In this document: positions 59,426-64,000 of the stretch, in pieces
Layout: every line of letters starts with the position of its first letter
Position numbering within the stretch: the stretch's first letter is position 1
Assembly: GCA_964016885.1 (NCBI GenBank)
Contig: OZ024743.1
Coordinates: 270,320,001-270,384,000 of the forward strand
Direction: 5' to 3'
Source of the DNA: Eledone cirrhosa
Lineage: Eukaryota
DNA length: 64,000 bases
Notes under the pieces: model-generated
Database searches by the model: none
What the model was told of the DNA's origin: nothing
Seen by the model: only the letters and a program-made list of their open reading frames with translations
Program-made: the position numbers and the translations under genes

Positions 59426-60834
59426 TACAATATAAACAGTTTTATAGATAAATAGATTCGACATACCGTTATAACACCGACTTCCATTTGAAGAGGTTTA
59501 AGCTGGCAGTGAAAAAATTTTACACAGAGAGAAAGAAAGAGAGAAAAAAGAAAGAAAGACAGAAAACGAAGAAAAGGAAGAAAAAGAAGAAATGCATGGA
59601 ACAAAATAGAGAGATGGAAAGATAGATAAAGCGAAGAACTTCATGTAAAGAAACAGAAAGATATATATATATATATAGAGAGAGGAAATAGAGATAGATA
59701 CATATATATATAGAAAATTAGGTAGTGGGAGGTCATTTTGAGTAAATGTATCAATGATACATTTATTTATTTATTTATTTATTTAGCTCAAGTATTAATG
59801 TAAGGGAGATATATAGAGAGAGAAAAAATATAGAGAGAGGAAAAAATAGCGAGAGAAAAAAATTTAAAAATAGCCAGATATATTCGAGGCGTAAAAACCC
59901 TATGTTTTAATGTATTAGTATTTATAAAACTTACACTATATTGTAAATATCAGTATTCCTGAACGAGACAAGTATCCATAGTGTGTGAAAATTAATTATC
60001 TTATGTTTAGTTTAAAAAAAAATTCATATGTTTATGTGACAGCTACAAACATCCATGCGAATCCACATGATTCACTCTGCAAACTCCAAGTTCCCGGAAA
60101 ACACTCTCAATGTGGTATAAAAATTTGAGCATACATATATGTGTATTATTATTCCTGTCTTTACTCTACAAGACCATCTATCAAGCAGAAATAGAGAGCA
60201 GATTTCAATATACCAACAAAAATATATATCAGAAACAAAACTAAAAAAATAAAAAGATAACAATAATAATAATAAGTAAAAATAAGTAATAATAAAATAG
60301 AAAACTAAAAAAATATTACGAAAGAATATTACATAATAAAAATATTACATATTAAAAATATTACGTATTAAAAAATATTACGTATTAAAAATTTACATAT
60401 TAAAGATATTAAAAATAAAAATAAAAAAAATAAAAAAATAAAAACTATTATAAAATACTACAATAATAAAAAATAAAAATTAAAATAAACCACAAAGATC
60501 AACCCTCCAAAGTCAACCGACAACATACCGCCAAGTTCACTACAAGACAAAGCCAAAAATTATCTATCAAATCACATCTAGCAAAGATCATTTCCAAAAA
60601 GTTTATGATGTCCAAATTGGTCTACATATGTTCTTATATCCAACATAGAAGTTCATCTAGTGCAAGGTTTATTCAAAAAATTTGGAGCATCAGCTTTTAG
60701 GGCAGCTCAATTTTTCATGAGGAATGTTTAAATAAAAATAAAAATAAAATAAAAATAAACAATAAAAAAAAAAAAGAATAAAAAGAAGGAATCAAAAATT
60801 TATCGGCTAGTTTCCCATATAAATATAAATCAAA

Positions 60835-63060
60835 CTAAATATACCACACCCCAAATTTAAATCCACATTCAAACGTTGAGTTCAATCCACGCCCGCAACA
60901 ACTGAACAAATTTGTCCGTAGGTTAAGGGAACCCCTAGATTTTAGCACAAAGAATATCTCCCCTGCGCAGAGGTCACATGTCCCAGAGGACGAACCAAAA
61001 GGAATCCCTCTTGAGACTACATTCCAAGCCGTCGAACATCCAACGTTATCTAGCTCAAGCTGCCAGAGTACGCCTGACAGTGCCGTTGAAGATCTCCTAC
61101 CTGGATCTGCGAAAGAACCCCTGTGGTCACCATAGCGAAGCTTAAATTCCGTCGATGTGGAACCGACGCAGTTAAAAGAGTTAGAGTCAGTATTAACATT
61201 ACAATTGTATACTATATTTCTAACCAAGCAGTTGTTATCCAACGGACACCTAGATCTATCTCTACAGTTACATCCGCCAACTTGTATATTACCTATGCTA
61301 TTATCACTAGGTTCCAAGTTCCGATTACTTATTCCATCAATATTTTGTGCCAAACCCCTGGTGGATGAGTAGGTTAATTTAATTGTATGCCCACCGAAAA
61401 CTGAGCGACACCCATGTGCTCCAGGGAAGCGATTATCAAGAGCTTTGAAAAATAATCTAGCGATGTGGGTTTTAACGTCCAGTGAGAAAGGGGGGGGGGC
61501 AAACCAAATTATGTTCCTAGTTCTATTTCTTTTTTGGCCTTTGGAATTATTGTAATGCTTTCTATTATAGTTGTTAATGTTGTTGCCGTAATTAAAAAAG
61601 TTGTTACTTTGTTTAGTTTGTCTATCATTATCTATGTACACAATCTTATCAGCATATCCTGCCCTAGCTAATGCTTCATTATAGTATTGGGCCTTTTCGT
61701 CGAAAATCTTTCTATTCGACGAGATCCTAGAGATACGTTTTTGAACTGAGTTTACTATAGTGTTTTTGACAGATCTGGGGTGGTTAGAGTTAAAGTTGAC
61801 ATAGTTTAAGTTTTCATTCAACTTGTGAAAAGGATAGTGGAGACATGTGTTGAGATTTAATGTTATATCTAGGAAATTGACTATTCTATGGTTGTTCTCA
61901 ATTTCTATTTTAAGGTTAAAGTAATTAAAAAATTTTGTAATTTGTTTACATTTTCTATTTAGTTCAGGGTTATTATTATTAATAAGTAAAAGCATGTCAT
62001 CCCTATATAAACCTCCGGTAGTACCAGGTATTTTCCTATGTAGCGAATTGATTAAAAATAAGCCCACAAGGTCAGTTACCTGAGCTGAGTCGGAAGATCC
62101 CATAGTTATGTCAAAATTGCTATCTCTATCTGCTCTGGTCCATAATTTGTCATTAAATTCTATCAAAGTTTTCCTAGCCGATAATATAATATGCATTTCT
62201 TTGCTAGTTAGGTCAGTATGTTTGAATGCGTAATTTAGTGCCTTATTTAGTAGACTAGGGGTAATAGAAGAATAATAGTTAGCTATATCAAGTTGAATAA
62301 ACCTATTATTATTGTTATATTTAATTTGCCTAAACCACTCAACAACCTCTCCAGTTCCCCTCCACAAGCTCAGGTTAGATACACAATCCAAGTTCTTAAT
62401 TTGCTGTATCACCCTGTCAAGAATGTTTTTGCTTAATTTGCCCAGGTCCGATTTTGAAGGTGCGATCAATCTAACTGGCAGGTCATTTTCAAAATTCCTC
62501 TTGTGGTCCTTCATATTGATCTTCGGTTTCTTGGGCACGAAAGGTTGTGTTCTGTTCTCAATTTCCAACTCGTGCATTATACAAGATGCTTCGACATTCA
62601 TTTTCTCAAGTTCGGCCTTATCTGCTACCTTGTACTTTTTCCTCAGCTCTTTCAGTATGAGGCCATTATACATGTCTTTCCGCACTCCATAGAGGTTGTT
62701 GGTCTTGTCAGATTTCACCAAGATCTTCTCAGTTTTCTCCAAGCTCTCAATGTTATCCTTAATGCCTTTCAGATATTCCTGGCCTTTGAAGTTTCTCTTG
62801 AATTTGACCCCTTGTATGATAGAAATTATATCGTTTTCAAAGTCAGATAAAAGTTTGTTAGGGGGTGGATTTCTTTTAGATTTGAAAACTTTGTTTAAGT
62901 CCGAGACATTTTCGTCTGCATTAGATTTATCAAAGTGGAATGCACGCCACCTGATTCTCCTTATAAAAGAGTCAGATTTATCTATTAATTGTTTTATAAA
63001 GTCTTTGTTTCTAGGTAGAGGTATGTCTTTTAGAGAGGAAGTAATCTTAAAGAATTCCAT
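60835..63060 (-). CDS. 741-aa PLE reverse transcriptase + GIY-YIG endonuclease; RT intact, EN domain apparently A-to-G hypermutated and probably inactive
   Basis: SLKDIP, RIRWRAF, MKDHKRNF, QLDIANYYSSI, MGSSDSAQ, LYRDD, FLD, CNC..CPL..C. The YIG motif reads CVG. Confidence 0.92.
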   Translation of the reverse strand: MEFFKITSSLKDIPLPRNKDFIKQLIDKSDSFIRRIRWRAFHFDKSNADENVSDLNKVFKSKRNPPPNKLLSDFENDIISIIQGVKFKRNFKGQEYLKGIKDNIESLEKTEKILVKSDKTNNLYGVRKDMYNGLILKELRKKYKVADKAELEKMNVEASCIMHELEIENRTQPFVPKKPKINMKDHKRNFENDLPVRLIAPSKSDLGKLSKNILDRVIQQIKNLDCVSNLSLWRGTGEVVEWFRQIKYNNNNRFIQLDIANYYSSITPSLLNKALNYAFKHTDLTSKEMHIILSARKTLIEFNDKLWTRADRDSNFDITMGSSDSAQVTDLVGLFLINSLHRKIPGTTGGLYRDDMLLLINNNNPELNRKCKQITKFFNYFNLKIEIENNHRIVNFLDITLNLNTCLHYPFHKLNENLNYVNFNSNHPRSVKNTIVNSVQKRISRISSNRKIFDEKAQYYNEALARAGYADKIVYIDNDRQTKQSNNFFNYGNNINNYNRKHYNNSKGQKRNRTRNIIWFAPPPFSLDVKTHIARLFFKALDNRFPGAHGCRSVFGGHTIKLTYSSTRGLAQNIDGISNRNLEPSDNSIGNIQVGGCNCRDRSRCPLDNNCLVRNIVYNCNVNTDSNSFNCVGSTSTEFKLRYGDHRGSFADPGRRSSTALSGVLWQLELDNVGCSTAWNVVSRGIPFGSSSGTCDLCAGEIFFVLKSRGSLNLRTNLFSCCGRGLNSTFECGFKFGVWYI

Positions 63061-63235
63061 TTTTCCAGTTATAATATAAAGCGCTCAACAGTATTGGAGC
63101 AAGATACATGGAAAGTTATATTTAAAATTGTTGGGTTACAACTAGTAAATATTTATAACTGATATAAAAGCACTCGACAAATATTTGGAGTATATTTACA
63201 ATATTAAATAAATGGAAACTATATTTATAAAACCA

Positions 63236-63291
<56 letters not shown>

Positions 63292-64000
63292 CATTATGAA
63301 GAGAGAAGAAACATTTAGATATAATTAGTAATAAAATGTATCATACCAAAACTGCTCCTAGATTCCTCGACTACGTAGTTTCGTGGCATAAACAAAAACA
63401 ATACATCATAAAGATATAGAGTCCTTGCGAGGTCTGCCGACTTATCAAGAGGATACCTCATTTTACTAGCCTCAAGAACGCGTCTACACGGCGTGAGAAA
63501 GAATCCCAAAAGGCGGAGGGGGAGATAGTCACGCGATATAACGGTCGAGAAACAGAGCTAAGCCTCTTATAACCCCGAAGAAAATACCACGGAGGCGGAG
63601 GGGGTATTTATATCGAAGCCGTAGAAAGAGGTGGTGAAGGAGGCGAGAAGTATGAGTAATGGCAGCTTTCCAGCAGTCACCACACTTCAAAGATTACTCA
63701 ACCAGAGGGAGTTATTAACAATATATTTAGAAACACACAGATACATGCTCTGTTTCTCGACCGTTATATCGCGTGACTATCTCCCCCTCCGCCTTTTGGG
63801 ATTCTTACTCACGCCGTGTAGACGCGTTCTTGAGGCTAGTAAAATGAGGTATCCTCTTGATAAGTCGGCAGACCTCGCAAGGACTCTATATCTTTATGAT
63901 GTATTGTTTTTGTTTATGCCACGAAACTACGTAGTCGAGGAATCTAGGAGCAGTTTAGGCATGATACATTTTATTACTAATTATATCTAAATGTTTCTTC
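63292..64000. mobile_element. Fold-back HHR-bearing insertion (runs off the right edge of the window)
   Basis: 63305-63558 is the reverse complement of 63747-64000. Confidence 0.82.
63852..63941 (+). ncRNA. Type I hammerhead, U3-A8 variant (inverted copy at 63364-63453)
   Basis: tcctc-TTGATAA-gt.ggca...tgccac-GAAAC-tacgta-GTC-gagga. Confidence 0.8.

Larger units (their letters stand above)
59226..63241 (-). mobile_element. Full-length young PLE with direct pseudo-LTRs, inserted in (TA)n
   Basis: 59226-59363 and 63104-63241 differ at one position by eye. Single uninterrupted ORF. HHR at 59364-59425. Confidence 0.95.

Noticed and set aside
61123-63079. Plus-strand ORFs overlapping the PLE CDS
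   Set aside because: They are antisense shadows of the RT ORF with no independent motifs.
63315-63990. Two near-identical short ORFs on opposite strands
   Set aside because: They are a by-product of the fold-back duplication of a non-coding HHR region.

Overview
This is AT-rich, repeat-saturated animal DNA with no supportable host gene. The SINE families resemble those of Octopus/coleoid cephalopods; this is pattern recognition, not a database result. Positions 1-17.1 kb are a 39-bp GT-rich minisatellite with ~2.2-kb higher-order repeats, fading into degenerate triplet sequence. Positions 19-40 kb hold SINEs, a hAT MITE, microsatellites and several Penelope-like element (PLE) insertions. Positions 40-64 kb are a compound (TA)n/TTAA array split by about 13 retroelement insertions: three large RT+GIY-YIG PLEs, one CR1-like LINE fragment, and short non-coding retrozyme-like units. 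About 20 type I hammerhead ribozyme (HHR) motifs are readable by eye, several with the compensatory U3-A8 core. Many insertions carry fold-back inversions. The main finding is the PLE at 59.2-63.2 kb. It has an intact RT, but its 3' ~640 nt (GIY-YIG endonuclease) carries dense sense-strand A-to-G changes (YIG to CVG, YHSI.NK to CRSVFGG, CNLC to CDLC, terminal His to Arg). This looks like an ADAR-hyper-edited RNA that was reverse-transcribed and fixed in the genome.
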